Counted from the first letter of the stretch, positions 1 through 11,160 are shown. The stretch is DNA of 64,000 nucleotides from Candidatus Obscuribacteraceae bacterium (GCA_044226015.1 JBGAHS010000010.1:288001-352000); one strand, 5' to 3'. Numbers and translations are program-made. The notes: generated by a model from the letters alone, not told the origin.

Positions 1-2
1 TT

Positions 3-212
3 ACCGATATGATGATGAACATGAAATCTAACGACATGCGTATTGCCTGGAAAGGTACTTATGGTCATCTACAGCTGGAGACAATGTTCTTGCGAGCTAA
101 TATTATGGATACCATTGGAATGTGGTTGGATGATCATAGCGTCGATGGTCGAGCAAAATTAGAACGTCTAGAGCAGAATATTTCCGATTTGGGAGGATCT
201 CTGGTGCGTTAA
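3..212 (+). CDS. C-terminal fragment of a protein truncated by the window edge, possibly an alpha/beta hydrolase
   Basis: Frame open from base 3 to the TAA at 212. YGHLQLE followed by a helix ending in W-L-D resembles the catalytic-His region of alpha/beta hydrolases. Confidence 0.4.
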   Translation, partial: TDMMMNMKSNDMRIAWKGTYGHLQLETMFLRANIMDTIGMWLDDHSVDGRAKLERLEQNISDLGGSLVR

Positions 213-227
213 AACATCAGAGCAGGT

Positions 228-1157
228 TTGGACGATACTAACGCGATAGACAATTCCAGAGCAGGCGAAAAGACTCGTCTCTACGTGGGTATATCCTACG
301 CCATCTGTTGTATTGTCTGGGGAACAACCTGGTATGCCACCAGAGTTTCGGTTGAACCAGGTGATGGACTTCCGCCTATTTTTGCGGGTGCGTTTCGATT
401 TCTGGTTGCGATTTTTTGCTATTTGCCAATTATTCTGATATACAGAAAAAGACTCACTGGCGTGAGCAAGCAAGAGTTTGCTTGGATCTGCCTTGCAGGT
501 CTATTCAACGGTTGCTACCAGTGTTTTATCTATTCCGCTGAGTGCACCATATCTGGTGGTCTTGCGTCCGTGATAATGGCTACTGCACCTCTCATGGTGG
601 CGGCCGTTGCATTTCTATTTCGGGTGGAAAAAGTAAGGCGCTTCACCATGATTGGTTTTTGCATTGCACTTGCTGGAGTCTCGCTGGTTTGTTTTGACCG
701 TTTGAACAGCGCAAATGATCAATTCGCAGGAATTTGCTTGGCGCTTGCAGCAGCATTTTTCACCAGTCTCTCTAATGTGACGCTAAAGCGGCAGGGAACA
801 AGCGTGCATCCTCTTAGTTCTGCGATGATATTTCTGGTTGCCACTGACATTCCGGTGTGGATAGCAAGCCTCCTGGCTGGTGAGCGCTGGAATCTTTTTC
901 CCTTAAATGAGCATGCTGCACCGCTCTTTGCTATTTTGTACATGGCAATTTTGAGTTCCATTATTGCCTTCATGCTCTATCTCTACATGCTGCGCCATAT
1001 GAGTTTAATGGCGATTTCCACGCTGCAATTCGTTCTGCCAGTTTTTGCTCTTATAGTTGACATGTTTCTGGAAAAACGCGTGGTGTTGAGTCCTCAGGTG
1101 TGGATAGGCATTGTAGTTGTGATGATTGGCGTTGCGGTAAGCATGCGACGCCACTAA
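228..1157 (+). CDS. EamA/DMT family transporter
   Basis: About 10 hydrophobic segments, IVWGTTW and AFRFLVA motifs, two internal repeats. Confidence 0.9.
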   Translation: MDDTNAIDNSRAGEKTRLYVGISYAICCIVWGTTWYATRVSVEPGDGLPPIFAGAFRFLVAIFCYLPIILIYRKRLTGVSKQEFAWICLAGLFNGCYQCFIYSAECTISGGLASVIMATAPLMVAAVAFLFRVEKVRRFTMIGFCIALAGVSLVCFDRLNSANDQFAGICLALAAAFFTSLSNVTLKRQGTSVHPLSSAMIFLVATDIPVWIASLLAGERWNLFPLNEHAAPLFAILYMAILSSIIAFMLYLYMLRHMSLMAISTLQFVLPVFALIVDMFLEKRVVLSPQVWIGIVVVMIGVAVSMRRH

Positions 1158-1269
1158 GCCATAAGCTCTTGATTCCATGCAGTTTCGAGCATTACGTTTA
1201 AATTGGCGAGGGCATTGAATCCTACGAATCAATGCCCTCTATTGAACACTTTCAATGGATAAAGAATCG

Positions 1270-1890
1270 TCAGTCCAAGCTTGCGGTTGGATTTCCACCG
1301 CCTGGGTTCATTAGGCCTGGGTCAGGGTGGTCTATGTTTCCACCACCTGGTTTGCCTGGTGAACCTGCTGGTCCTTGCTCGCCGAAGCCGGCCCCTATTG
1401 CAGCGATGGAAACAATCGGTTCGACAGCTTTAGCCTGGAAGTCAATCGTGCTTGGCAAAAACGGAAAAGGAACAGGCAGCTTCACCTGCATGGAGGTCAC
1501 AACTCCGACATCTCCCACGTTTGGAGGTGGAAGACTCGCTGGCCAGGACGAACCCTGACTGTCTGCGGTACCAGTTCCATTCCAGGAATATCCTGCCAGG
1601 AAAGAGCCCGTGCTTGGCTTTGCGATAAGTCCACTTTCTGCAAATGTGTTTGCGGTCTGCGTTGCAGCTGTGAACCCAGCTGCGGGGGTGCCTTCGTTAG
1701 TGCCTACATCTTTGGCACTAGCCGCCGCTCTGGCAACCGTTTTTGCCAGATTGTCGTTTGCAGTGTTTGCCATTACGAGAACCGCAATGTCAAACAGGAA
1801 TAGAGCAATCGGAACCATGAAAATGATTCCAGCTACAGTTTCGATTAGGGATTGTGCTTTTGTCGCTCTTCGGCTTGTAGATCTAGGCAT
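1270..1890 (-). CDS. TadE-like pseudopilin
   Basis: Basic leader, then AQSLIET plus a hydrophobic helix (TadE-type prepilin motif), then AKTVARAAA. Gly/Pro-rich tail. Confidence 0.65.
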   Translation of the reverse strand: MPRSTSRRATKAQSLIETVAGIIFMVPIALFLFDIAVLVMANTANDNLAKTVARAAASAKDVGTNEGTPAAGFTAATQTANTFAESGLIAKPSTGSFLAGYSWNGTGTADSQGSSWPASLPPPNVGDVGVVTSMQVKLPVPFPFLPSTIDFQAKAVEPIVSIAAIGAGFGEQGPAGSPGKPGGGNIDHPDPGLMNPGGGNPTASLD

Positions 1891-1947
1891 AGTAATATTC
1901 CGGGAACGTGCCCTTAAGTTATGCCCATTAGACGTCTCATTTATGCG

Positions 1948-4608
1948 TCATTGCTGACTGTTAGTTTGCTGATTTAATGTTTTCCACTCTTTAGCTAGAG
2001 TCTCAGCTTCTGCCTGCCGATTTTGACCATTGAGAAGACGAACATATCCGAGGAACGGAGAGTTACCTAGTCCCTCTTTCAAGTTGGGGTCTTCTTTAAT
2101 CGCCGAGAAAATTTCCTTGTATGTGTTTTCTGCTGTCTGGGTATCTTTCTTTGCGCTTAAAACCTGAGCGAGCCGGTTTAAAGTTATTAGTTTTCCGAGG
2201 GTTGTCTTACCTTTATTATGTTCGTCGATTTTTTCTAGTGCGCTTCGTAGATTTGCTTCAGCGTCTCCGAGTTTTCCATTCTTTATATCTATGGCTGATT
2301 GAATTTGAAGAGTTTCTGGTTCCATGAGTTCGATGTTTGCTTGACTGAAACCTTTCGTCATCGCTTTGGCCCTATCGAGGTAGGCCTGAGCTAGGGCTGG
2401 ATTGCTCGAAGAATAATGTGCAGCGAGATATTTGAGTGCTTTCACTAATTCGGCATAGGGTTTGATTGTTTCCTCCTCAAATGTACCGAGGGCTTTCAAT
2501 GCGAGGTTTTCATCATCTGTGCTTTTTGCCAGTGCGAAATAGCTCATGGCTAGCATGCCTTTTACTTTGTCTGGCTCTCCGGGAGCTTTTGAAAGAATTT
2601 GAATCGCACTATTCAGCTGTTTCTTTGCGTCTGATTTCTTTCCTTCCATTGCATCCAGGCGAGCAAGTTGATATTTCACAGAGCCAAGCTCGTACGAGAA
2701 AGGTCCAAAGCACGCACGTTTGATCCTTCCCGCTTCCATCAACAATTCTCTTGCTTCGTCCAGATGGCGTCCGTCGGTCATGTAAACATTCGCCAAGCCT
2801 ACGAGAGTCTTTCCCTTTAGCTCATCGTTCGGAGTTATTGCTGTTTTAGCTTTGTCGAGAGCATTTTTGTAATGAGCGATGGCTTCTTCGAAGTGTCCCT
2901 GTGCCGATGCTATTTCGCCCTTATTGTGTAATGCACGAACCGATATTCTCGAGTTCGGAAGGCTTATCTTGCAGACTTCTCTTATTGCTTCAATTAGCTC
3001 TGTTGCTTTCTTAAAGTCTCCTGCAATCATTAGCGTGGTGGCAGAGTCCATTGAGTCATTCATTCTTTGCTCAAGTTGTTGCAGTTCTTTGCTATCTGTA
3101 GTTATTCTCTTCTTTTCTCTGGCTATTTCATTATTGATATCGGTAAGCAATTCCTTATCTGAAGCCTCTTCGCCAGTTGTGCTTTTCTTCAGTTCGGCGA
3201 CTATAGCCTCGGCTTCTTTTGTGTGTCCGAGAGCAAAATTTATGTCTTCAAGTTCTGCTTTTGAGGCGATAATAAAGTCCTTGTTGCCAAGCTTCGTTGC
3301 CATATCGAGGGCTTGCTGGAAAGTACTCAATGCTGCGGCCTTGTCGCCATGGTCGAATTGCTGTTGCCCTTTTCTATCAAGCTCTTTCCACGTGGCTTCA
3401 GACGCTATTATCGCCTGCGGTTTCTGTTGATATACCAGGTAAGCGATGCCACCGATGGTGATGGCAATTGTCGCTGCCACCAGAGGTAGCCGAGACATCA
3501 TTGGTTTCAGATTTCGAGACAGCTGTCTGAAATACCACTGCCTGATGAATGATTTGAGATAGGCAAGTGGTCCTTTCGCTGGCGCATCATAAATGTGCTC
3601 AAGATCGTCCTTCATTTCCTGCATAGTTTGATAGCGATCATTAGCATCTTTAGCTATGCTTCTGAAAATTATGGTTTCGAGCGAGTCTCTCAAAGGTTTG
3701 TCAGAAACGCTCTTGCCCAAGCCTGCCGGTGCCTCGTTCATCTGTTTGAAAATGAGTTCGTAAACGCTATTACCTGTGAATGGCGTTTTACCAACTAAGG
3801 CTTCGTAGAGCACGCATCCCAGTGAATAGATATCAGTCCGAGCGTCGAGGTTGAGACCCTGGCACTGCTCAGGGCTCATGTACATTGGCGTTCCAAAAAT
3901 CTGCCCTGTCTGCGTGAGTTTGGCTAGCTCGGTGTCCTCTGCCACCATTTGAGCTATTCCGAAGTCCACGACCTTTACAAAGTCCTCCACCCCATCTTGT
4001 TTTACGAGCATAATGTTGCTTGGCTTTATGTCGCGGTGAACAACGTTTCTGCTGTGGGCGTGACTCAGTCCGGCTGCCGCTTGCGTAATCAGCTTGATAG
4101 CTCGTTCGGGATTTAGCTTCGAATCTTCGCTAATTGCTTGCGCAAGAGTGATTCCCTCAATGAAGTCCATAACGATGTAAGGGTTGTCGTCTTTCGTTAT
4201 GCCGAATTCGTAGACTTTCACTACGTTCGGATGGTCTAATCGACTGGTTGCTTCTGCTTCACGTTGAAATCGTGCGAGTGATTCTTTATCGCTGGTCAAA
4301 TGAGGGTGAATCATTTTCAGCGCCAGAGTTTTGTTCAAAAGCATATGCTTTACTTTATAAACAGAGCTCATGCCACCACTGCCAACAAAGCTCAGTACCT
4401 GATATTTGTTGTCGATGAGTTCGCCTACGAGGTCTTGCTCTCTCTTGGCTTTAACTCTGCTGCCACCTTGAGTTACATTCAGATTGCTTTGCGTGCTGAG
4501 ACCACCGGTTGATTGAAGATGTTCAGGATTAGCTGCCACTATAGATGGTGACGACTCAGCTTCCTGAAAGTCAACTTTAAGTTGCTCTTTTTTCTTTGTC
4601 TCATCCAT
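1948..4608 (-). CDS. Hanks-type Ser/Thr kinase with TM segment and C-terminal TPRs
   Basis: GSGGMSSVY, LALK, HRDIKPSN, DFG and GTPMYMSPEQ motifs; central TM; TPR-like helices. GAGGGG SD upstream. Confidence 0.95.
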   Translation of the reverse strand: MDETKKKEQLKVDFQEAESSPSIVAANPEHLQSTGGLSTQSNLNVTQGGSRVKAKREQDLVGELIDNKYQVLSFVGSGGMSSVYKVKHMLLNKTLALKMIHPHLTSDKESLARFQREAEATSRLDHPNVVKVYEFGITKDDNPYIVMDFIEGITLAQAISEDSKLNPERAIKLITQAAAGLSHAHSRNVVHRDIKPSNIMLVKQDGVEDFVKVVDFGIAQMVAEDTELAKLTQTGQIFGTPMYMSPEQCQGLNLDARTDIYSLGCVLYEALVGKTPFTGNSVYELIFKQMNEAPAGLGKSVSDKPLRDSLETIIFRSIAKDANDRYQTMQEMKDDLEHIYDAPAKGPLAYLKSFIRQWYFRQLSRNLKPMMSRLPLVAATIAITIGGIAYLVYQQKPQAIIASEATWKELDRKGQQQFDHGDKAAALSTFQQALDMATKLGNKDFIIASKAELEDINFALGHTKEAEAIVAELKKSTTGEEASDKELLTDINNEIAREKKRITTDSKELQQLEQRMNDSMDSATTLMIAGDFKKATELIEAIREVCKISLPNSRISVRALHNKGEIASAQGHFEEAIAHYKNALDKAKTAITPNDELKGKTLVGLANVYMTDGRHLDEARELLMEAGRIKRACFGPFSYELGSVKYQLARLDAMEGKKSDAKKQLNSAIQILSKAPGEPDKVKGMLAMSYFALAKSTDDENLALKALGTFEEETIKPYAELVKALKYLAAHYSSSNPALAQAYLDRAKAMTKGFSQANIELMEPETLQIQSAIDIKNGKLGDAEANLRSALEKIDEHNKGKTTLGKLITLNRLAQVLSAKKDTQTAENTYKEIFSAIKEDPNLKEGLGNSPFLGYVRLLNGQNRQAEAETLAKEWKTLNQQTNSQQ

Positions 4609-4744
4609 GCCTGAATGACCCCTCAGTCACTGTTTTATACCCTGTTGGCAGATTAAACAGACTGGAAGCGTCATTACTTGTAATAGATTCCGACTGCCTG
4701 ATAAAACAAGCAGCCTTTCGGCACGTTATGTTCTGGCGAACTCT

Positions 4745-5515
4745 TTAGAAATCTTGCTTGGCGAATTCGTAACTGAGTCCAGTTGTGTCAGGCGTTATGT
4801 CACCCATGTAACCAAGTTTGCTGTTAGTAACACGCATTGAGCCCTGTCCAACCTTGGTTAAAGTGGTTACTGTGTTGTCCGGTCTGATGATTTCGCCGCC
4901 AGTCTCTGTAATCTTCATTGTGCCGCGCGCACCATTAGTGTATTGCACTATGAAGAGACCATCGGGCTGCTGGCAGGCGAAGGTTCCATCAAGAAATCCG
5001 CCCTGAATTCGAATACTGTTATCTGGATATTTGTAGATGTGTGAGTAGCTTCCATCAACGAACTGCGCTTCTGCGGCAATGTATGGAATGTCTGGATGGG
5101 CTGGCATCTCGTAGGGGTCTCTACCCGAAACTGAAAATGCCAGGAACATGTCTTTACCTAGGTCGCCCATTTCCATCCCCAGTTCCTTCTTCAAACCTTT
5201 GATGATAGGGTGCTTCTTCTTGCCTGGAGGAGGCGGGGGTGACTGACCTGGTGGATATTGAGCCTGGCAAACGCATTGCTTAGTGTAGAGTCCTGGCTCG
5301 GGTTTCATGCCATCATTTGTGGTGATAGTCTGCGTTGGAACGGAATCTGTTTTTGTAACCTGTCCACCAATTGTTGGCGGATTGCTTGCTCTATCTGCAG
5401 CTGCAGCAGTGTTCGTCTGTGCAAGTGCTGTGCCGCAAAAAAGAAAGAGCGAAATTAAGGGCGTAAGTCCCAAGAGGGCAAGTTTCGTCGTTCTCAGCTG
5501 TTTGGCATTATCCAT
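4745..5515 (-). CDS. Hypothetical secreted protein
   Basis: Long ORF; ATG 5515 has GGAG upstream; signal peptide ending ALA-Q; Pro-rich stretch. Confidence 0.7.
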   Translation of the reverse strand: MDNAKQLRTTKLALLGLTPLISLFLFCGTALAQTNTAAAADRASNPPTIGGQVTKTDSVPTQTITTNDGMKPEPGLYTKQCVCQAQYPPGQSPPPPPGKKKHPIIKGLKKELGMEMGDLGKDMFLAFSVSGRDPYEMPAHPDIPYIAAEAQFVDGSYSHIYKYPDNSIRIQGGFLDGTFACQQPDGLFIVQYTNGARGTMKITETGGEIIRPDNTVTTLTKVGQGSMRVTNSKLGYMGDITPDTTGLSYEFAKQDF

Positions 5516-5652
5516 AAGACTCGGCTCCGTGATGCAATACTGAAATCCTATCAACTGCGCGCGTGTCTTTCATTGGCATCTGCTCACATCGGCGCTGGAA
5601 GTCAAGGGTGGCGCGTCTAAGTGAGTTTTAGCCGGCAGAGCTCTAGTAATTT

Positions 5653-6279
5653 TTAGCGTTGATAGGTGCAGGTAATCTGCCCCTGGTCCAGAATGTGACC
5701 TCGAAGAGCTTTCTGAAACTCGTCTTTGTTGCAATTTGCTGACAGAGCTAGCTCATTGTCTAGTGCATAAACTGTGAAGACATAATGATGCAATTTTCCT
5801 GGCGGTGGTGAAGGTCCGTTATATCCAGGCTTGCCGAAGTCGTTTTGTCCTTGCATGACACCCTGAGCCAATTTGCTTAATTTTGGAACGTTTTCGCCTA
5901 ATTCCGTAGTGTTCGGTTTGATATTGAAGACAATCCAGTGCCACCATACACCCCCCGGAGCATCAGGGTCTGAGCAGCTCACCGCGTAAGTTTTCGTTTT
6001 TGCCGGACCAGCGGTCCATTTCAAGGCTGGTGAAACGTCTTCTCCATCGCCAGAGTAGCGCTTTGCAATCTTTGCGCCTTCTTGAATGCTGCTGCTTGTC
6101 ATCTTGATCGAGCCGGAAGCTGCTGCAGGCTCTGTGGTTGAATTGAGAAGCAATGAGACCAGGCAAATTATGAAGTAACCGAAAAGACCAGAACGTCGAT
6201 TAATCACAAGGAATTTAATTGGCAGGTTCACAGTTTCTCCTTGATTCGGCAAATCAGAGTTGCTTCCATTGTCCATCAA
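5653..6279 (-). CDS. YbhB/YbcL (PEBP/Raf-kinase-inhibitor-like) protein, probably exported
   Basis: DPDAP, WWHW, GYNGPSPP and HHYVFTVYALD motifs. Start codon uncertain. Confidence 0.92.
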   Translation of the reverse strand: MMDNGSNSDLPNQGETVNLPIKFLVINRRSGLFGYFIICLVSLLLNSTTEPAAASGSIKMTSSSIQEGAKIAKRYSGDGEDVSPALKWTAGPAKTKTYAVSCSDPDAPGGVWWHWIVFNIKPNTTELGENVPKLSKLAQGVMQGQNDFGKPGYNGPSPPPGKLHHYVFTVYALDNELALSANCNKDEFQKALRGHILDQGQITCTYQR

Positions 6280-6444
6280 AAAACGAGAAGTTTAGCACGA
6301 ACAGTGCCTTCTTCTGCCGTCTGTTTGATATCATAGCGAGCTTAGGAAACCAATGCTGAGAAGCTTGAGAATTCATTCTTAATGACTTCTTTCAGTGCCG
6401 CCTGGCAGGTGGCTTCGGTTCGAACATCTCAAAGGAGAAAGCTC

Positions 6445-8100
6445 ATGTTAAGTGAATTCGCGGGAAAGCCAGCAAGACCCGAGATGTTGGTGAACATTGC
6501 CAAGCTTGTTACAGCCTACTTTAGTGATCTTCCTGATGTGTCTGTGGCTGAGCAACGAGTTGCTTTTGGAACCTCTGGTCACCGCGGCTCTGCATTCAAA
6601 AGATCATTCAATGAGCAGCATATTTTAGCCGTCACGCAGGCGATCTGTGAGTATCGTCACGCTAACAAGATCAATGGACCTCTTTATTTGGGCATCGATA
6701 CACATGCGCTTTCTGAGCCAGCCTTCGTATCTGCTTTAGAAGTTCTGGCAGCCAATGAAGTAAATGTGATGATTGATTCCGAGCGTGGATATACTCCAAC
6801 TCCGGCTGTTTCACTGGCTATTCTCGAATACAACAAAGGTCGCAGTTCTGGTCTCGCTGATGGCATTGTTGTCACACCTTCGCACAACCCACCGCAAGAT
6901 GGTGGTTTCAAATACAATCCTCCAAATGGTGGACCCGCTGACACGAACATTACAGCATGGGTCGAAGACAGAGCTAATCAGATTCTCAAAGATGGCTTGA
7001 AGGACGTTAAGAGAATATCTTTCGAGAGAGCCATGGCTGCTGGCACCACTCACAAATTTGATTTTGCAAAGTTGTACATTGACTCTTTGGCAAAAGTCGT
7101 AGATATGGAATTGATTGCGAAATCGAATGTTCATATTGGGGCAAACCCTCTCGGTGGGGCTGGCGTTGCATACTGGCCGCGCATTGCTGAGCAGTACAAG
7201 CTCAACCTGGATGTGCTTAATAAGTTGGTCGACCCAACCTTCTCATTTATGAATGTAGATTGGGATGGCAAAATTAGAATGGATTGTTCGTCACCATATG
7301 CGATGGCAGGTCTGGTTCAGCATAAGGATCAATTTGACATTGCTTGTGCAAACGACACTGACCATGACAGGCACGGCATAGTCACTCCGACGGCTGGTTT
7401 GATGAACCCAAATCATTACCTGTCAGTCGCCATCGATTATCTCTTTCAAAACCGCAACGGTTGGAACAAAGATGCGGCTATCGGCAAGACTGTCGTAAGC
7501 AGCAGTATGATTGATAGAGTTGCAAAACGTCTGGGCAGAAAACTCATCGAAGTGCCAGTCGGATTCAAGTGGTTCGTTGATGGTTTGCTCGATGGTTCTG
7601 TCGGCTTTGGTGGCGAAGAAAGTGCAGGAGCTTCTTTCTTGCGCCTTGATGGTGGCGTCTGGACAACAGACAAAGATGGCATCATCATGTGTCTGTTGGC
7701 TGCTGAAATAAAAGCGAAGACCGGGAAAAATCCATCTGAGCACTATCAAAGATTGACTCAGGAATTCGGCAGCCCAGTTTATGAGCGCATTGATGCTCCT
7801 GCGAATTCTGAGCAAAAATCAAAATTGAAGAAGCTCTCTGCTGATCAAATTACTGCTAAAGAACTTGCCGGTGAGAAGATCATTAGCAAGCTGACCGAGG
7901 CACCAGGCAACCATTCTGCAATAGGTGGGCTGAAAGTGGTAACCGAAAATGGCTGGTTTGCTGCGCGTCCATCAGGTACTGAAGACGTTTACAAAATCTA
8001 CGCGGAGAGTTTCCTTGGCCAAGAACATTTGAAGAAATTGCAATCGGAAGCTCAGGAATTGGTTACCTCTGTACTGAGCCCTGCTCCGCAGCGAAGTTAA
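6445..8100 (+). CDS. pgm: Phosphoglucomutase (alpha-D-glucose-1,6-bisphosphate dependent)
   Basis: [26 protein letters not shown] and RPSGTE motifs. AAGGAG SD before ATG 6445. Confidence 0.97.
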   Translation: MLSEFAGKPARPEMLVNIAKLVTAYFSDLPDVSVAEQRVAFGTSGHRGSAFKRSFNEQHILAVTQAICEYRHANKINGPLYLGIDTHALSEPAFVSALEVLAANEVNVMIDSERGYTPTPAVSLAILEYNKGRSSGLADGIVVTPSHNPPQDGGFKYNPPNGGPADTNITAWVEDRANQILKDGLKDVKRISFERAMAAGTTHKFDFAKLYIDSLAKVVDMELIAKSNVHIGANPLGGAGVAYWPRIAEQYKLNLDVLNKLVDPTFSFMNVDWDGKIRMDCSSPYAMAGLVQHKDQFDIACANDTDHDRHGIVTPTAGLMNPNHYLSVAIDYLFQNRNGWNKDAAIGKTVVSSSMIDRVAKRLGRKLIEVPVGFKWFVDGLLDGSVGFGGEESAGASFLRLDGGVWTTDKDGIIMCLLAAEIKAKTGKNPSEHYQRLTQEFGSPVYERIDAPANSEQKSKLKKLSADQITAKELAGEKIISKLTEAPGNHSAIGGLKVVTENGWFAARPSGTEDVYKIYAESFLGQEHLKKLQSEAQELVTSVLSPAPQRS

Positions 8101-8102
8101 TC

Positions 8103-8166
8103 ATCGAAGCAGAGCAGAGTATCGAAGCGAAGCAGCAAAGCCGTGAAGCGAAGTAAAAGAAGCGTA
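8103..8166 (+). repeat. Degenerate GAAGC-rich repeats after the pgm stop
   Basis: ATCGAAGC twice and GAAGCGAAG twice, roughly 20-bp period. Confidence 0.45.
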
Positions 8167-8206
8167 TCTGTGTTTTAGCGCTTCAAGGTAACGTGATAAA
8201 TATGCT

Positions 8207-8242
8207 GAGAAGCGCAGTTCTATGAGCTGCGCTTTTCTGTTT
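8207..8242 (+). terminator. Intrinsic terminator of pgm
   Basis: GAGAAGCGCAGTTC-tat-GAGCTGCGCTTTTC followed by tgttt. Confidence 0.75.
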
Positions 8243-8479
8243 CCAATTAGTGTGAACGAAACTTTGAGTCAAATTCTTTCAGATCCAGTCTCATTGGCTT
8301 TATCGGTAATGGATATTTATTGTATATCCCTGCTTTGCGCCTAATCTTCAATGAATTTCTTTTTGCTTGCCCGTTTTCCTTGTGCTGCCTCAATTCCTTG
8401 TCAGTAACTCTCTTGCAATGCTGCGCAAAGCTCTCATTTCTGCTAAAACTTGCACCGTCAGGTATGCAGGAGACGGTTC

Positions 8480-10435
8480 ATGAAAAGGCTGAGCAAGGTT
8501 GCTTCGAGTGTGGTTTTCTCAAATAAGATAGCCATACTTCTATCTTTGTCTTTAACTTTCTCTGCTTTCACAATTTTGCCTTCTGATGCTGCAGGTAAAG
8601 CTCCCGCAGGCTCTAAAGCGAGCATGTCGAAGACGACCGTAGTTCGCAAAAAGATTATGCCAGCGTTCAGAGATAGATTGTTTCAAGGCAAACTCACTGC
8701 AACAGATGCGAAAGGTGAGCAAGCGCTTTTGAACGCAAAATTTGATGATGCCGCGGATGCCTTTCGTAAATCACTGAACACTAATTCGAAAAATACTACG
8801 GCGCTGACAGGGCTCGGTTTTGCTCTGGCTTCGCAATTTAAATTGGATGGTGCCGATCAACAATTCAATAAAGCAATTGCTGTTGATCCCAACTTTCCTC
8901 TTGCTCACGTTGGCAAAGCGTATGTCATTTTGAATCGCTTGCAGTCGTCTTCGATGACAGTAATTAAGCAAAAAAACAGCCTTCTGGCTGCGGCAGAGAG
9001 TGAATGTCGTCGCGCACTTAAGAAAGATTCTGGAATGCCGGAAGCGCTTGCGGTATTAGGCATGGTGCAGAAGGAACAGGGACGCTTGCCGGAAGCTGTG
9101 GCAAGTTACAGCCAGGCTATTAGTGGTGACCCCAAGTATGGTCACGTTTATGCTCAACGAGGTTTAGTTGAGCTACAGATGAATGAAATTGGCGCAGCCG
9201 AAAGTGATTTCAAGCAAGCAATTCAGTTGCGTAGCTCTGACTCTACTGCGCATTTCGGGTTGGGTCGAGTATTGCTGGTAAAAGGAGATGCAAATTCTGC
9301 GCTCAAAGAGCTGAATACTGCCCTTTATCTAAACCCCAACAGCGCACCAGTGCAGACGGCACTGGGCGATGCTTACAGAATGCAAAAGAATTACAATGCA
9401 GCTATCAATGCGTATCAGAAAGCGATTCTTATAAAATCGGAAAACGAGCAAGCCTATTTGAATCTCTCTGACATCAGAGAGGAACGCGGAGACATGGAGC
9501 TTGCCTTAGCGGAGCTTCGTGCTGGAATCGAACTCAACAAAAATAGCGTGCCTCTGCATATGCGAGTAGGTGATATTTGTCTCAAGCTTGAGAAGACCGA
9601 CCTCGCGCTCAAAGAATATCAAACAGTACTGCAGTTAGACCCTTCAAATGCAGAAGCCGTAAAAGGCATGGTGCGCTCCTATGTTATTAAGGCGCAGAAG
9701 GAAGCTACTGGTGCTTTCTTTATGTCCAATAATTATGAAGCTGCTGAAGGAATGATTCAACAAGCCATAGCGATGAATCCCAATGACATGGAATTGCGAC
9801 TGATTGATGCAAAGTTTCGTTCAATGTCAGGAAAGCAAGTTGACCTCTCCAAATTAGGAACACCAACAAGTGATCCCGAGAGAATCACGTACGCAGAAGC
9901 ATTAACTGCACAGTTTCGCTTTGACGAAGCAGCTCAAATGATGGCCGGTGTTATAAATAATACGAACGATGCGAAGCAACTGCTGGCGGTGGCAGATATT
10001 TCATTGATGAATAAGGACCTGGACAGCGCACAAGCTGCATATCAGAAAGCATCGATGATGCCAGATGTTTCTGCGCGGGCTCGCCGCGGGCTCGATGCTG
10101 TAGCAAAAGCAAAAGATGATGCACAGAAAGAACTCAATTTCGCAAACGATTTAGCAAAGAGAAAACAACTTGCTAGCGGCATAGACAAATACAGAAACGC
10201 TGCTTATCTGAACCCTCGTCTGGCAGATGCTCATCTTGGGCTAGCCGAAGCGCTTAAAAAGTTCCTCTCCAAAAATCCACCTTCCCTGCGTGAAGCTGCA
10301 CTTCACTATCGTGCCTATGTCAGCCTGACACCAGGAATGCCTGAAAAGGAGAAGGAAAAATACTATAAGCTGGCTGCTAAGTTAGAAGAGAAAGCTTACA
10401 AAATTGAGAGAAAGCAAAAATACGAGGACGACTAA
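8480..10435 (+). CDS. Secreted multi-TPR protein
   Basis: AGGAG SD, signal peptide, many consecutive TPR motifs. Confidence 0.9.
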   Translation: MKRLSKVASSVVFSNKIAILLSLSLTFSAFTILPSDAAGKAPAGSKASMSKTTVVRKKIMPAFRDRLFQGKLTATDAKGEQALLNAKFDDAADAFRKSLNTNSKNTTALTGLGFALASQFKLDGADQQFNKAIAVDPNFPLAHVGKAYVILNRLQSSSMTVIKQKNSLLAAAESECRRALKKDSGMPEALAVLGMVQKEQGRLPEAVASYSQAISGDPKYGHVYAQRGLVELQMNEIGAAESDFKQAIQLRSSDSTAHFGLGRVLLVKGDANSALKELNTALYLNPNSAPVQTALGDAYRMQKNYNAAINAYQKAILIKSENEQAYLNLSDIREERGDMELALAELRAGIELNKNSVPLHMRVGDICLKLEKTDLALKEYQTVLQLDPSNAEAVKGMVRSYVIKAQKEATGAFFMSNNYEAAEGMIQQAIAMNPNDMELRLIDAKFRSMSGKQVDLSKLGTPTSDPERITYAEALTAQFRFDEAAQMMAGVINNTNDAKQLLAVADISLMNKDLDSAQAAYQKASMMPDVSARARRGLDAVAKAKDDAQKELNFANDLAKRKQLASGIDKYRNAAYLNPRLADAHLGLAEALKKFLSKNPPSLREAALHYRAYVSLTPGMPEKEKEKYYKLAAKLEEKAYKIERKQKYEDD

Positions 10436-10470
10436 AGTTTTGCAAACTCCTCAATTCAGGTAACACCTTG

Positions 10471-11160
10471 ATGGCAAACCAGACCTTGTCAAAACGTGTC
10501 GTTGCATTTGTGCGCGAGCAACTTGAGTCTCATGCTGATTCTGCTAAAGCAGTAGAGATGGCTGCATACATGAAAACAACTATGCCATTCTATGGGGTTC
10601 AGAAGCCTCAGCGAGTGCCCATTCTTCGAAGCTTGAAGAAGGAGTTCAGACCCTCTGATTTGTCGGAGTATCAGGACAGTGTTCTCGCTTTATGGAAGCA
10701 AAAGCATAGAGAGGAAAAGTACTGCGCCATTAACTATGCAAGCATGTTTTCACAGTTTATAGTGCTAGATTCTCTGCCATTGTATGAGGAGATGATCCGC
10801 TCAGGTTCCTGGTGGGACTTCGTCGACCCCATCTCGGCAGATCTTGTTGGAACGCTTCTTCTGGACGAAAGAAAGCGCATGACACCTGTCATGCGAAGGT
10901 GGTCCAAAGATTCCGATTTCTGGATCAGAAGAGCTTCCCTACTTTCACATCTTCATCATAAGAGCGAGACCGACGAGTCTCTCTTGTACGAATCGTGCTT
11001 GCTGCTTGCAGATGAGACCGAATTTTTCATTCGTAAAGGAATGGGATGGGCTCTGCGCGAATACAGCAAATCAAATCCGAAGTCAGTGCGCGCCTTTGTC
11101 CAGAAAAACAAGAACAAGTTCTCTTCTTTGACGTTGAGGGAAGCAAGCAAGTACATTTAG
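10471..11160 (+). CDS. AlkD-like DNA alkylation repair protein
   Basis: WWDFVD, WIRRAS, EFFIRKGMGWALREYSK and LTLREASKY motifs. Confidence 0.9.
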   Translation: MANQTLSKRVVAFVREQLESHADSAKAVEMAAYMKTTMPFYGVQKPQRVPILRSLKKEFRPSDLSEYQDSVLALWKQKHREEKYCAINYASMFSQFIVLDSLPLYEEMIRSGSWWDFVDPISADLVGTLLLDERKRMTPVMRRWSKDSDFWIRRASLLSHLHHKSETDESLLYESCLLLADETEFFIRKGMGWALREYSKSNPKSVRAFVQKNKNKFSSLTLREASKYI

